Source: Takakia lepidozioides (Eukaryota > Plantae > Bryophyta). Taken from it: a DNA stretch of 64,000 nucleotides. The notes beneath the pieces were generated by a model, which was not told where the DNA came from, did not search any database, and was given only the letters and a program-made list of their open reading frames with translations. The position numbers and the translations under genes are program-made. Positions 25,501-37,900 of the stretch are shown here, piece by piece; the first letter of the stretch is position 1, and every line of letters begins with the position of its first letter. The stretch is from NCBI GenBank assembly GCA_030704615.1, contig CM060734.1, positions 30,628,001-30,692,000 on the forward strand, given 5' to 3'.

Positions 25501-26958
25501 GAGCAAATGATGCGAGAAGGAGTGAAGCCCGACGAGGTCACATTCATTTGCATTTGCAATGCATGTGCCCGCCTGGCAGCCATGGAAAAAGGCAAAATGG
25601 TTCATGCTGACATCATGAAAGCTGGAATTGTGCCAACTAACATCTTGAACACTACCCTTGTGGACATGTATGCCAAATGTGGGAGCATCGAGGATGCAAA
25701 GGGAGTGTTCGACAATATGGCTGAACGAAATGTGGTGTCATGGAGTGTGATGATCGCAGGATATGTCCAGCATGGGTGCTTGGTGGATGCTTTGGAGACC
25801 TATGAGCAAATGATGCGGGAGGGGGTGAAGCCTAACCAGGTCACGTTTGTTTGTGTTTGCAATGCGTGTGCAAGCCTGGCAGCCCTGGAAACGGGCAAAG
25901 TGGTCCATGCCAACATCATGAAATCAGGAATCGTACCAGATGTTGTTCTGGACACTGCCCTTGTGGACATGTATTCCAAATGTGGGAGCATCGAGGATGC
26001 AAAGGTAGTGTTCGACAATATGGCTGAGCGAGATGTGGTGTCATGGAGTGCAATGATTGCAGGATATGCCCAGCATGGTTTTCATAGGGAGGCCCTGCAA
26101 CTATTCGAAGGAATGCAAAAGGAAGGCTTGAAGCCGGACAGTGTCACCTTTATATGTGTTCTCTCTGCATGTAGCCATGTTGGCCTAGTGGATGAAGGCA
26201 GACACTACTTTAATTGCCTGAGTCACGATCATGGGCTCACTCTTACTGTGGAGCACTTTGGCTGCATGGTTGACCTTCTTGGCCGATCAGGGCGATTGGA
26301 TGAGGCCGAGGACTTCATCAGCAAAATGCCCATCAAACCAGATGCTGTGGTGTGGAAGGCCTTGCTTGGTGCCTGCAGAATTCATGGTAATGTGGAGGTG
26401 GCAGAACGTGCGGCCAAATCTATCCTCAAGTGGGATCGACAGGACTCTGTAACCTATGTCTTGCTATCAAACATATATGCCGCAGCTGGCAGGTGGGATG
26501 ATACTGCGAAGGTGAGAAAAATGATGAAGGTTAAAGGTATCAGAGAGGAACCGGGTTGCTCTTATGTTGAGGTCGGCAACGAGGTGCACACATTCGTGGT
26601 AGATGACAAATTGCATCCAAAAATTGTGGAAATCCATGCCGAGCTGAGGAAACTGTCTGGGCAGATGAAGAAGGCAGGGTACGTGCCTGATGTTGGCTTT
26701 GTATTGCATGATGTGGAGGAGGAGCAAAAGGAGTTTCCTCTTTACCATCACAGTGAGAAGCTGGCAATTGCTTTCGGGCTGATCAGCACAGCCCCTAGGA
26801 CGCCTCTCCGTGTCATCAAGAACCTCCGGATGTGTGGTGATTGCCACCTTGCCACCAAGTTTATCTCGAAGATTGTTGGGCGAGCAATTGTTGTCCGTGA
26901 CGCCGACTGCTTTCATTATTTCAAAGATGGGGTTTGTTCTTGTGGGGAGTCTTGGTGA
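22560..26958 (+). CDS. PLS-class PPR protein with E1/E2/DYW deaminase domain and two N-terminal OSB-type PDF motifs. Exons 22560-22785, 22920-22999, 23487-23604, 23731-23825, 24058-26958 (1139 aa)
   Basis: About 20 P/L/S motifs, PG box EPGCSYVEV, HSEKLA, CGDCH, C-terminus CSCGESW. Upstream exons encode LWQEFLTVPSQWWDYSIGK|TNPRSPDYRH..VLWI..PPWV and LWKEYVSNPSQ..K|IHLRGPDFKHKSTNEALWI..PAWI. All introns GT-AG; total 3420 nt in frame. The PPR-DYW call is near certain; the upstream exon model is inferred. Confidence 0.88.
23260..23366 (+). pseudogene. Frameshifted duplicate of PPR-gene exon 3 (half PDF motif)
   Basis: CAG|ACAAATCCAGAATTCCAGACTGCAGACACAAG...CAAG|GTCAAG parallels 23487-23604 but is 107 nt with indels. 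Confidence 0.75.
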
Positions 26959-27545
26959 TATAACATTTTTCTTGTGAGGTGCAAGTGTCTTACTTCATTC
27001 AATATACAGCTGCCTGGTTTATTCGCATACTCTGGAAATGCAGCTATGACATACTGTTGAGGAGATCTCCTCCCTGGCATGTCAACCCTCCAAGCACAAT
27101 TGTGGTGTCTATCCACCAGGACATGGGAACTCGGGCCGACATTTCAATATGCTCCTACATCAACAGAGGCAATCTGGTTTATTAACTGTTAATGTACAAG
27201 GTCCCAATTTCAATCAATTGAAATGTAAGAAACCTTCTGGATGCAATCTCCTCGAGTGGGTGATACTCTGCAGTGAAGCAGAACTTCAGCCAGCCAATAT
27301 GGTAGAACTGATATTCTCACGAGGTAAGATTCATACTGTACTTTGGTATAATTTACTTGCCTGTGACAGCAACTGTGGGGGCTGGGCTCTTGTAGCTAAT
27401 ATTGAACTACCAACCATTGAGACCTTTGCAGTTCACCTCACAGTTCCCCACACTACCAGCAACCTTATTGATCATGCGATTAGCCATTCACTTGCAAAAG
27501 TTTCCTAAATGGGAACTCATCCATGGACGTAAAAATGGAAGGTTC

Positions 27546-27622
27546 ACGCCTGCGGAAGCAAGTGTAAATTATGGTGCCTCTTCACCCTGAAGGGCTACTG
27601 CCTTCCATAGGGAAGGTGGACG
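27546..27622 (-). mobile_element. 5'-truncated SINE family B fragment
   Basis: Matches 19555-19630 (GTAAATTATGGTG...GAAGGGCTA.TGCCTTCCA..GGAGGTGGAC). Confidence 0.7.
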
Positions 27623-27699
27623 GCCTCTAATGGTCCTAATCAGAGAAACGCGGTTGCCCAAACTTACCCAAGCCACTTGAAATTCCCCACCTACCACAG

Positions 27700-27830
27700 T
27701 AGTTCGGTTGACCTGGAGGGTGCTCTCATGGAGAAGTGGTCTCACTGCCTTATTGATACAGGTGCTTCTAGAGTGGATATATCCGGTGGATTTTCTGAGT
27801 TTTTCGCCATCAAGAACGAGGTAATTATGA
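27700..27830 (+). pseudogene. Possible relic of a retroelement aspartic protease
   Basis: CLIDTGASRVDIS motif only; no other domains recognised nearby. Confidence 0.3.
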
Positions 27831-28782
27831 ATGCGAAAAGAATTTTTTTCCAGGTTGTTCTCGTAGATTTTTAGCCACCATGACTCTCAGTTGGGGTTTA
27901 AACATGGGTTCTGGTCGCCAGATTTACGCCAATGACCAGAGAGGCTACTATCGGGGAGTTTGAGTACCTTCAGAGACTGAATGCTTTTTTCCAGGGCCGT
28001 CCTCTCTCTCTCTTTCTTCCCCTGAGGAAGGAAATCTAGCAGACAGTTTTATATTCACCCTGCTTGAAGAATGGGCCTACAGCATTGACTACAAATTAGA
28101 TGTAGTCTGAAGGTGCTTGTATCAAGATTTGTGTTTTATTGAACAACACATAGGAATGTGTCCGTGCAATTCTTGACGCTGCACATGTGGACTATTGAGG
28201 GCTTCTGTCGTTGAGAAAAAATAAGCTTTGGAGACATACAGGTATCTGAAAAACATGATCAACAATTTTGTAAAGCTCCAGAAACCCTAGATTGCAATAT
28301 AGTCACTATGTATTGTTTGAGGAGGGACACAGTTTTTAAATTCTAAAACTACATGACTGAGGAGCACATTGTATTTGACTGCTGCTCTCTGCTGAGAAAT
28401 TATGTGGCGCCAAAGCTGGAAGTGTTAACGCTCCAAGCTTGATTTGATGTGATGTGGTGTGGTGTGTGTTGCCTTAGATGGAGGAAGTGAATGTCATTTC
28501 ATTCTGAAGGATGCCTTCGGTTTCGAAGATGGTGGGGTACCTCCTCTGGTTTGTAATTTTTCTCAAAAACTTATAGAAGACATGGGGCCAAGTTCTACTC
28601 TTCATGGTGATTGTAACCTTTCGTCCAGGTCTCCATCCGGCCACTCAACTGAGCCTCCTCCATAGCCAACGAAAGTCGAGAAAATCTGACGTCAAGACAG
28701 AGGACTGGAAGAACGATGTCGTTATGAAACGAACATCTCCTCGATACTCCTCCTTAACCAACGGGGTCTTAAACATGTGATA

Positions 28783-29507
28783 CCGTAGTGGGATAGCCGG
28801 TTAGGCAGAAGTTAATTCGACAAAATAAATTATTTTTGACAAGAGTGCCTAATTTAAGAAAATTATCTTCAAAGAGTGCCTAGTTTTCAAAAAAATCTCT
28901 AAAAGTGCCTATGGTATAAAAACTTGAATTTAAATTAGAAAAACAAATATATAATAGAGAAATCTAAAAATATTCATTTAAACGTCATCCATGGACTCAG
29001 TTTTTCAGTTTTCATCCATGACAGCGGCTGTGTTTTCATTTAAAACGTCATCCATGGACTCAGTTCTCAATTTTCATCCATGGCAGCGGCTGTATTTTTA
29101 TATTTTTGTGTTTTTATTTTTGTGATCATTATTTTATTTTATTTTATTTTTATTTTTAAAGGCCTGAATTGTGAGCAGTCGCTCCCAGGTTTGAGGAGGG
29201 GGAAAAATTAACCCCCTTTCAGATAAGCCATTAGGCAGACAGGTGGGAAACATCACCACCAGACCAACCGGTCACGAACGGATCCACACACCAGGCAGGG
29301 CAGCGGGTTTTGAACCCCGAACCACCAGGGCGACAAACTGTGCACTGACCAGCTGAGCTACCAGCTGATGTGCCATTATTTTTAGTTGCCTAATTTGAAA
29401 AAATTACACATCCAAGATGCCTAATTTAAAATAATTTCTCAAAAGTGCCTAACTGCCAAATTGCCCGAAAAATAATTATTAGGCCTAACCGGCTATCCCA
29501 ACTACGG
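28783..29507. mobile_element. MITE with TA target duplication (Tc1/mariner-like)
   Basis: TA|CCGTAGTGGGATAGCCGGTTAGGC ... GCCTAACCGGCTATCCCAACTACGG|TA. Related sequence at about 8243-8516. Confidence 0.9.
29136..29373 (-). mobile_element. tRNA-derived SINE, family A, inserted in the MITE
   Basis: A box TAGCTCAGCTGG, B box GGTTCAAAACC, (AAAAT)n tail. TSD CATTATTTT at 29127-29135 and 29374-29382. The empty site is present in the related copy at about 8375. Confidence 0.9.
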
Positions 29508-29945
29508 TATGTGAGAGGCCAATGGAAAGGCGGAGCGTGGTTGGACTCCGTGGCAGAGGGTAACTGGCTGTCAAGTCGCTACCTCTTTGCCTATCACTCA
29601 ATCGAAGCCGTCGAAATGTGAAGCAAGTGAACGGACCCCACAACACTCTCTCTTGTGTAAAAGATACTATATATCGTAGAAATAATACATGAGATTAGAG
29701 AGGAAGCTTAGTGAAAGCTTAGTGCTGGATTAGTGATGCCAGGGAAAGTTTAGTGAAATAATTAAAAGTATGGGCGGTGGTTAGTGAAAAACGATGGTAC
29801 GGTCAGTTTAAAGAGAGCACTATCTTGGAAGAGAGCTTCACTGGAACCTCCCCTCCCGGAGCTTAGATTGTATTGCAGGTCTTTGTTGTGTGACTGTTTG
29901 TTCGGATTGCAGGCTCTCTGTTTCGATCGGTGAGTTGGAGTAGGA

Positions 29946-32900
29946 ATGGGTTCGAGATGGGGGTTGTTGATAGTGATGTTGATGGTGCTCGCGGCATGGG
30001 TGCCCTGTTTGCGGGCGTCCGAGGAAGCATCACACGTGGTGGCGCTGACAATGGACACCTTTGAGCAGGAGGTTGGCAAAGATAAGGCGGCTCTTGTGGA
30101 GTTTTATGCACCTTGGTCAGTTGTTAATGCCTGCATCCCAGTTATTTTATGTATTTTGCAGTGGAGCATAAGGTTCGATGAGGTTGTTTTGAAGATGGCG
30201 TCTTTGAGGTGAACTATGCTGCCATGCCGTGAATGTAGATAGATGCATGGATGAGCACATGTCAGGGATTGGTGATAATTGGTCTTTTGGGTTCTCTTAT
30301 TTCTTCCTCTTAACAGGTGTGGTCATTGTAAGAAGTTGGCTCCTGAGTTTGAGAAATTAGGAGCAGCGTTGAAGACAAGCAAGGGCGTGTTAATAGCAAA
30401 GGTTTTACTTTTGCTTGACGCACTTCCAAGGCACACTTTTGCTTGTGAACTACAGGCAAATTCATTATGGGAGAAGTGGCAGCTGCTATTTTCGGGGATC
30501 AGCTTTGATCAGTGTTCCGTTTGGACATTCGTATATTCTTCTGAGAAGAGTTGTGCTTGATCGTGGAATTTGTGGGCTTTCAGGTTTTCATGTAAAAATG
30601 GGCTGAAAAAGACATAGTATAGGCTATTATCATTTGAAGTTCCTCGCTGTGGGGTAGCTTAGCAGTAAGTAAGGGATGGAAGATTGATGCACCCGGGGGA
30701 CTGCTTGCAGGTGGACTGTGATGATCATAAGCCTTTATGCTCTAAATTTTCTGTGACTGGATTTCCTACTATCAAGTGGTTTCCGAAGGGGTCTTTGGAG
30801 CCTAAAGAGTACGTACTATCTCCTATTCTCAAACCTTGCTGCAGCAAACAGGGAAAAGACTGGTCTAAATTTTTCATTACCCTTTTTGAATTAATCTGGT
30901 CTGAATTCCCTTTTTTTACAGCTACTCCGGTGGACGCACTGTGGAGTCACTGGTGGAGTTTGTCAATGCTGAAGCAGGTGTGTTCAATTTTCAACCCCCA
31001 TGTGTGTTTCATACCTGTCAGTTCTTATTGGGTATATATTGCCCCAAAGATGCCTGCTTGTCTATAAAAGGTAGAAAGTATATTATGTGGAATGCTCATG
31101 TAGTCATGGGTCTGGCACTTTGGAAAGAGCACTCCATTTGACTTTACCATGACACAATCTCTCTGTAGACGTGGTTTATGAAGTTACTTTGACTTGTTGT
31201 GATATTGCAGGCACTCGTGCAAAGATTACAGCAGCACCAGCAGCTGTTGTGGTGTTAACCCCAGCCAATTTTGATGAAATCGTTCAAGACAAATCAAAAG
31301 ATGTTCTTGTGGAGTTCTATGCGCCTTGGTACGGCTAGTTCAGTCGTCACCTTCTCAAAATGCTTTCATAGTTTTGTTGCTGATGTCACTGTTTTGGAAG
31401 CTGTTCTGGCCGCTATTGCTGACTTGATTATCCTCTCTCAATGAGGCAGCTCAATAGGGCATGGCATTTGGCCTTTTTAATAGCTGAAAGCTGAGAGGAT
31501 AAAAACTGGACAGGAAATCAGTTCTGAACTTTTCTGCTGTGGTCAAGGGGATATAGCCTCTTGGCTTTTTTTTCCTGTGTACGGCTACTGGTTATGTATG
31601 TTTCTCCAAAGGTCACTAACATGGATTCTGAATTTCATGTTGCGGTTGGGTTGGTTTATGGTTTGATCAGGTGTGGTCACTGCAAGAGTCTAGCTCCTGT
31701 AAGTATGTGCACCTTCAACTTGTATATTGCAGCTTTCTGTACCTGTTCTTTGTGGGGTTGTGTCAGTTATTGACATGAAGTGGGTAGAAGAGTCTTTGTG
31801 GGAGTTTTATAAGCTGGACAGGCAGATAAGAACAATGACTGGGAGTGCTGCAGGTATATGAGCAAGTTGCAACCGCTTTCAAGGCGGAGAAGGATGTGGT
31901 TGTTGCAAAGGTCGATGCAGATTCGCATAAAGATCTTGGTGAAAGGTTGACTTTTGCAAACTTCCTGATTGTAGTTCAATAATTGTGCTTTCTTTAATAG
32001 GGTAACACCTGTGTGTCTGGCTTGAACTCAAACCTGACGATGGGCCATAAGACTTTCAATTTATATATCAAACTTCTATCTCAGCCCAGATTCATGGTGA
32101 AGTTGAATGGACAGCGTTGGTGTAATTCTCTGCCGATGGCCCTTTGGCTGCATTCCCTGTCTTTAGTGCTCTGAAAATGCACTAGCTTGTAGGAAAGTAG
32201 TTAAATTTGGGTATGAAGTGATGTCAGATCTTCCTACTGCTGTAGTGTAGGGCCTGATGAGGCATACTGTGGGCAGTTGTCATTCTAGTGCCAGAGCCTG
32301 GTGTGATGGTGGCTTTCCCTTGTGTCGGTTTTAAATCAACTTGTAGCACCTGATTTAATCGTCAGTAAATGCGATTTTCAGATATGGAGTGAGTGGTTAT
32401 CCAACCTTGAAGTTCTTCCCCAAGGACAACAAGGATGGTGAGGACTACAGTGGAGGGCGAACTCTTGATACATTCGTGGAGTTCCTGAATGAGAGAGCTG
32501 GCACCCAACGCTCTAGCTCAGGTGGCTTGACAGCTGATGTAAGCTGCCATTTTGCTTCTTCCATTCACCCGTTCAGCTTATTCAGGTCTCAATGATATTT
32601 TTGCCACAAGAGAAAGAGATGTTTTACTCCCAAACAGAGCCAAAGAAGCACACAGGGGCGTACACCAATCCATCGCCGTTTATATGAGCTGGTGGGCTTG
32701 GAGGAAAGGATGCCCATAGGTTTTCCCAAGATTCAAGCTGGATTGTGACCTGTTAGTTCCCTTCCAAGACTGGTACCTTCTAAACGGAGTTAATTTCTAC
32801 ACTAACCCAAAGTTGCCAGAGAGTGAGAACTGTTATTGGCAAGCTCCTTCTAAAGCGAGTGTCTTATAAGGTCCTCACCAAGTGCATGACTAGGATTGGT

Positions 32901-33870
32901 AGCAACCGAGGTCTCTTTCCAGGAGCGGGAATGGGATGGTACCCAGCTTTTTGTCTGGCCTTGCCCTCCCTGTGTCAACCAAAGTCACCCCTCTTCCCCA
33001 CAGTGTTTAAGTGATCTTTCTGTCCCGCATGTTTGGGCATGATCCAGATACTGGGTCTGGTGTTTGCATTGGGCTTCTATATAAATTTCTGAAATGTGAA
33101 TTGTTTCCTACTCAGGCTGGAAAAGTATTGAGCTTGGATGACATCGTGGTTGAGTTTTTGGCTGCTAAGCCAGAGGAGCGTGGTGACATTCTTGCCAAGG
33201 GAGAAGAGGAAGCATCCAAGCTAGAAGGTGCTTCTGTTGGGTATGTCATATCTATAATCTTCTTGAACACCGTACTGTTTTATGACAGCGTGAGGGTGTG
33301 TTGGAATCTGTGTGCTTTTAGTGACAAAATGATTATCTCTTGTGGAAGGGCAGCCACTGCGGAAGGTTTTGGTTCACCGTATGATAACAACTTTCTCAGT
33401 TATGGTATTTGCTGGTAAATGTTAGTGGCTGTTAGCCTGCGCTGCCATCGTTCTCCAAGGTTGATGGAACTTCCGAAGATAGCTCTGTTGGTTTGCACTG
33501 GGGGTTGGTGGTGGTTTATTTGAGAAGGCAATGAACTGCTGTTAACTAGCATGGCCTGACAAGCTTGGTCTAATGACAGGTATGGAAAGATTTATGTGAA
33601 GGCTTTGAAAAGTATTATTGGCAAAGGTGAAGGTTATGCAAAGAAGGAAGCTGATCGACTTGAGCGCTTATTATCTGGGGTGAGTTGTTTGATCCTTTGT
33701 TGGAGCGGTTCTTCCAGTTTCTTTGTGAAAGCCTCAAGCATTATTCTGATGTGGATGAGGATATTAATTTGGTGGGTACTTGTGGTGTACAGGCTGTCAA
33801 TCCAACAAAGGTAGATGAATTTATTGTAAAGAAGAACATCTTGTCATCCATTGCGAGTAGGCAAAGTTGA
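29946..33870 (+). CDS. PDIL2-1: Protein disulfide isomerase, a-a'-ERp29c type (PDIL2-1/PDI11-like). Exons 29946-30115, 30317-30401, 30711-30808, 30922-30977, 31211-31328, 31671-31698, 31854-31945, 32382-32538, 33116-33240, 33580-33679, 33793-33870
   Basis: Signal peptide, two VEFYAPWCGHCK thioredoxin sites, GFPTIKWF and GYPTLKFF, helical C-terminal domain, no KDEL. Phases consistent. Confidence 0.93.
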
Positions 33871-34960
33871 AACGCAAGGAGCACGGAGGAATTTTTGATA
33901 GGGTTATCTTGTGGGGCATGTAAAGCACAGTTGCATTAGGCTTGATTACCCTTTCCATGTGACAGGTTGAAATCAAAGATGAAGTTAAATCGATGTTTAT
34001 CAACTCATATGAGAGGACCGGTGTGTGCAGTAACCTAAAGAGTTCTCTGTTTCCACTAATTTGCACAAGCAAACAGATATCCATCCACATGAAACTGTGT
34101 GGGAGAAGTTGTTCTTCCCTTGGTTTGCTTTCTCAGCAAGAGAGTGGTTGGAGTGCTGGCTTTAGGTGTGGTTGATGTGTGAAGGTCATATTTGATATTG
34201 AAGGCTGGTGTACTAGCACTTGAGACAGGTGTGGAGCAGCGATGGCAAACATACAGTCGTCTCAACACTCCGAACCCTAAAATTTTGAAAACACAAATCT
34301 TGCTGCTTTTTTGTTCTTTTTATAACTTGATTAATCGAGTATCCCCCTCCAAAAGTAAGACTCCTTTTAGCACTCAGATGACAGACTCTTTCAGGTACTG
34401 TGCGGAAGAGAAGTAAGAGAATGTCCTATTACAACCAGGTTTCTCATCACGCCTTTGAACATACTCAATCTGAAATGACAAATCATCTGCAGTTATGCAC
34501 CCAATGGCAGCGATTCGATTCCTCTGCCCTTCGAAATGCTGAGCAGGACCAAAAACTCTCATAATCACTGAGCACCACATTTGAACAGTAATTGTTGCAG
34601 TTCATTCTGATTCAGAGTCGAGGCAAAATTCGAAAAATCCGGGGGGGAGGATGAAGCGCTTCGCAATTTGCGGCTCCGCCATGCCCAACATCTTTTTTAT
34701 TTAATAAAGTTTTCATCGGGGCCACTGTCCCCTGTTCTCTTTAAAATTGAATAAAACGTAAAAAAATCGAGAGTCACTGCAAAGAATCAATGTAATTGCA
34801 GCTGTGCATTTAGGTTTGTTTGGAGGACGAATAATAGAAGGGGATGGTTGGTCGGACATTATCGATGTGGGTAGGTGAAGGGTTTCAGGTTTTTGTGAGA
34901 CGACTCCCGGTGCGCTGAAAGCGCTCATTTGAACGTAGATGGAGCACCGAAACAATTGCT

Positions 34961-37900
34961 ATGGCAGGCGCGTTGAGGCTGCGCTCGCTGGCACACTCGT
35001 TGCGGCGGATTTGTGCAGTTTGTGAAGATTCGACAGCTTTTCATGGCTCGGTCTCACAACCTTCTTCTTCAGTAATGCCCATGCCTTTTTCCCTTGCGGT
35101 GGTGTAGAGTCTGAAATTGAAGAGGTTCGCCTTTGTGTTATTTTACTGGTCCGTTTAGCAAAGCCGTCTACAGTAGTAGATGAAGTATGCAGAAATCTTG
35201 TGATCTTATTCAGTCCCTACGTTGTAAGTTCGACTGTATGGTATGCTAAATTTGGGATTGAAGAAGCTGCAATGGAATTTGAGAGTTGAGCATTCCTTGC
35301 TGGTTCCCTTTCAGAATTTGCGGGTAAATTTCGTGCAAGTGTATTGGGCGGAAAGGTCTGGAGAGTAGAGGATAGTGAGCGTACAAAGCCAAGGCGGCAG
35401 AAGGATCACTGGTCTGGGCGCTTATGAATCCTTCAAACTCCCTTGAATTAAGTAGGATGCGCCACCGAAAATCGAGGGGAAAAACTCTGTCCTACTTTTT
35501 GTAGTGGCCTTTAATAAATTGGAAGGCAAAACAGATTTCCACTATTTGCATTCTGTAAATGGACGTAAGGATAGAAGTTGTTTTCTGAGGGGGGCTAGGA
35601 TTGGATGCTTGCCAGGACCCTGGGCGAATATCCAGACCCACTTTTTTCAGCAACCGACAGTGTGTGAGCTCAGAGGCTAGAAAAGGTGAGGATCTCATTT
35701 TCATTTGCTTGGCGGCAGCCTTGTTAGTTCCTTGAATGGGTTGAGAGGTTGTTGTATCGAACATCACAACAGATAAGATGTGGTCTTTTCATGTGTTGTA
35801 TCTTCGTCTCTCTCTGGCCCCCCTCCAATCAAACACATGAATGCCCTGTAACTGAAAAGCACTTGGCTGTGCACAAGTGTTATGGCAATGTTGATATGTA
35901 TTCATAGGATAATGCATTACAACCCAACAAGTGGGATCTGAATCTGAAGGAACCCCTCAGGTTTGCATTATACATTTGGAACAATCAGTCTTCCCGGTTG
36001 TAAGTGTCTTGTTCCTTTTTGTAAAACTCCTGTCTCATATCAATTTCACGAACCACATCGAGCATGAAGGTAAACACATTCTTGTTTGTGTGTCTTAACC
36101 TCTCCAAGATAAACCACCTCCATAGGGAACACCTGCCATATGGATGACAACGCTCTGATTTGACGGTTTCATACAGATCCTTTGTCATGGCTTGCTATGG
36201 TATGTTTTGACAATGGTTCCTAGTAGGGTTTAGGGTTCAAGGTTTAAGGATTGATATCTGTTTGTAATTCCATTCTGATTCTCTTTTGTTAAAGTAGGCA
36301 AGCGTCGTCAGAAGCAAACAGAAGCTCCTGATGACTCCAACAGAGTGGATCCTGAGTCGAAGAAAGAGCAATTGTTGCGAGCTGCTATTGCACAGATCAC
36401 AAAACAATATGGGAAGGAGACCGTGATGTGGCTGGGTCGTGACACCCACCACCATGTCGACGTCATTTCTACTGGCTCTCTAAATCTTGATCTTGCTCTT
36501 GGTGTTGGTGGGCTCCCCAAGGTACCACTTCCCTTTCAGAAAGAGGCTGTGTTTGTGTGTGTCTCCTTTACACAATTGAGTCTTCTTGCCTTTTGGAGTT
36601 TAACTTTCTTGTTCACATAGCTGGGTATCTGTAGAGACATTACAGACTTGGCAGAGAACACAAACCTCAGCATAATGGCAGAGACATTCACGATCCTAAT
36701 GTCTGTTGTTAGATGACAGGGGCGGGTAGTGGAGATATATGGGCCGGAAGCCTCTGGGAAAACCACACTTGCTCTCCACGTCATTGCGGAGGCTCAGAAG
36801 ATAGGAAGAGGTAAGTCACCTTAGGCATTCACCTTTGACTGAAAATAAGTGCAAATTAAAATGACTCAACCAAAATAGTGTACTCGTGAGGGGATGGATT
36901 TGATCTTAGGTTGTCTCTCTGTTTCTAACTCCCTCCAGCAGCAGCATAGTCAAGCTTTGTGTCTTTCTGTCATTATCCCCTTTTCTGACAGGACATTGCT
37001 ACGGCAAACAACGTCTTATGAGTACATTCTGACAGGACATTGCTGTTGGTGTGCTTAGGTTATTGTCTATTTGTGGATGCGGAACATGCTTTAGACCTTC
37101 ACTTTGCAGAGGGGCTGGGTGTGTGCACCAAGGACCTTCTGTTTGTGCAACCCGATGAGGCTGAGCAGGCTTTGGACACTGTTGACACTTTCGTGCGTTC
37201 TGGCACCACTGATGTCATCGTTGTTGACAGTGTAGGGGCTCACTTGCTCCTTCCTTGGCTCTGTTCTCTGCGCTGGCTCTACATGGCTTCTAACCTAGAG
37301 AAGAATAACTACTTCTTTGGTCTCTCACAAACACACAGATATAAGTCTGGGTTGAAAGGGTGGAGACTCTCTGGAAGCCGTGATCCTCCTGGGGTCCACC
37401 TGCAAGGGTAAGGGATTTTTGCAAGTGATGCTTTCATGAAGAGCTTTCTGAAGGAAATTTTCAAGGGCAGAATTAACATCATTCACAAAGGTTCCACTAC
37501 TAAAGTGCCTTTGCAAAGAGGATAGTCCTTTATTTTTCTCTCCTCTTGGCCCCTTACCTTCACCTTTTCTTCTTGTCCTAGACGATTTACATTGAAGGCG
37601 ACTCCAGTATCCTCTGGTTTATCTGTGAGAAAGAGGGTGGGAAAGAATTTACAGGGGTCTGTTAACAGTAGTTGCTGCCAGAATTGGCCTTCGTCAGGGA
37701 CTGCTCAAGTGGTTGCTACAGTCTTCCTTTCATGCTTAGCAATATTCCTAGACGGTTGATTTGCTGTATCAAATCAGGAAAATAAAGTATCCATGCTTGA
37801 CAATGTATGGGAGGAATGACAGGTGGCAGCACTGGTGCCCAAAGCAGAGCTAGAAGGGGAGATGGGAGAGCACCATATGGCACTGCAGGCACGTCTCATG

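Noticed and set aside
29285-29373. tRNA gene
   Set aside because: Has A and B boxes but no convincing cloverleaf; it has a tail and TSD, so it is a SINE head.
33793-33870. PDI lacking an ER-retention signal as a novelty
   Set aside because: Normal for the a-a'-ERp29c PDI subfamily.
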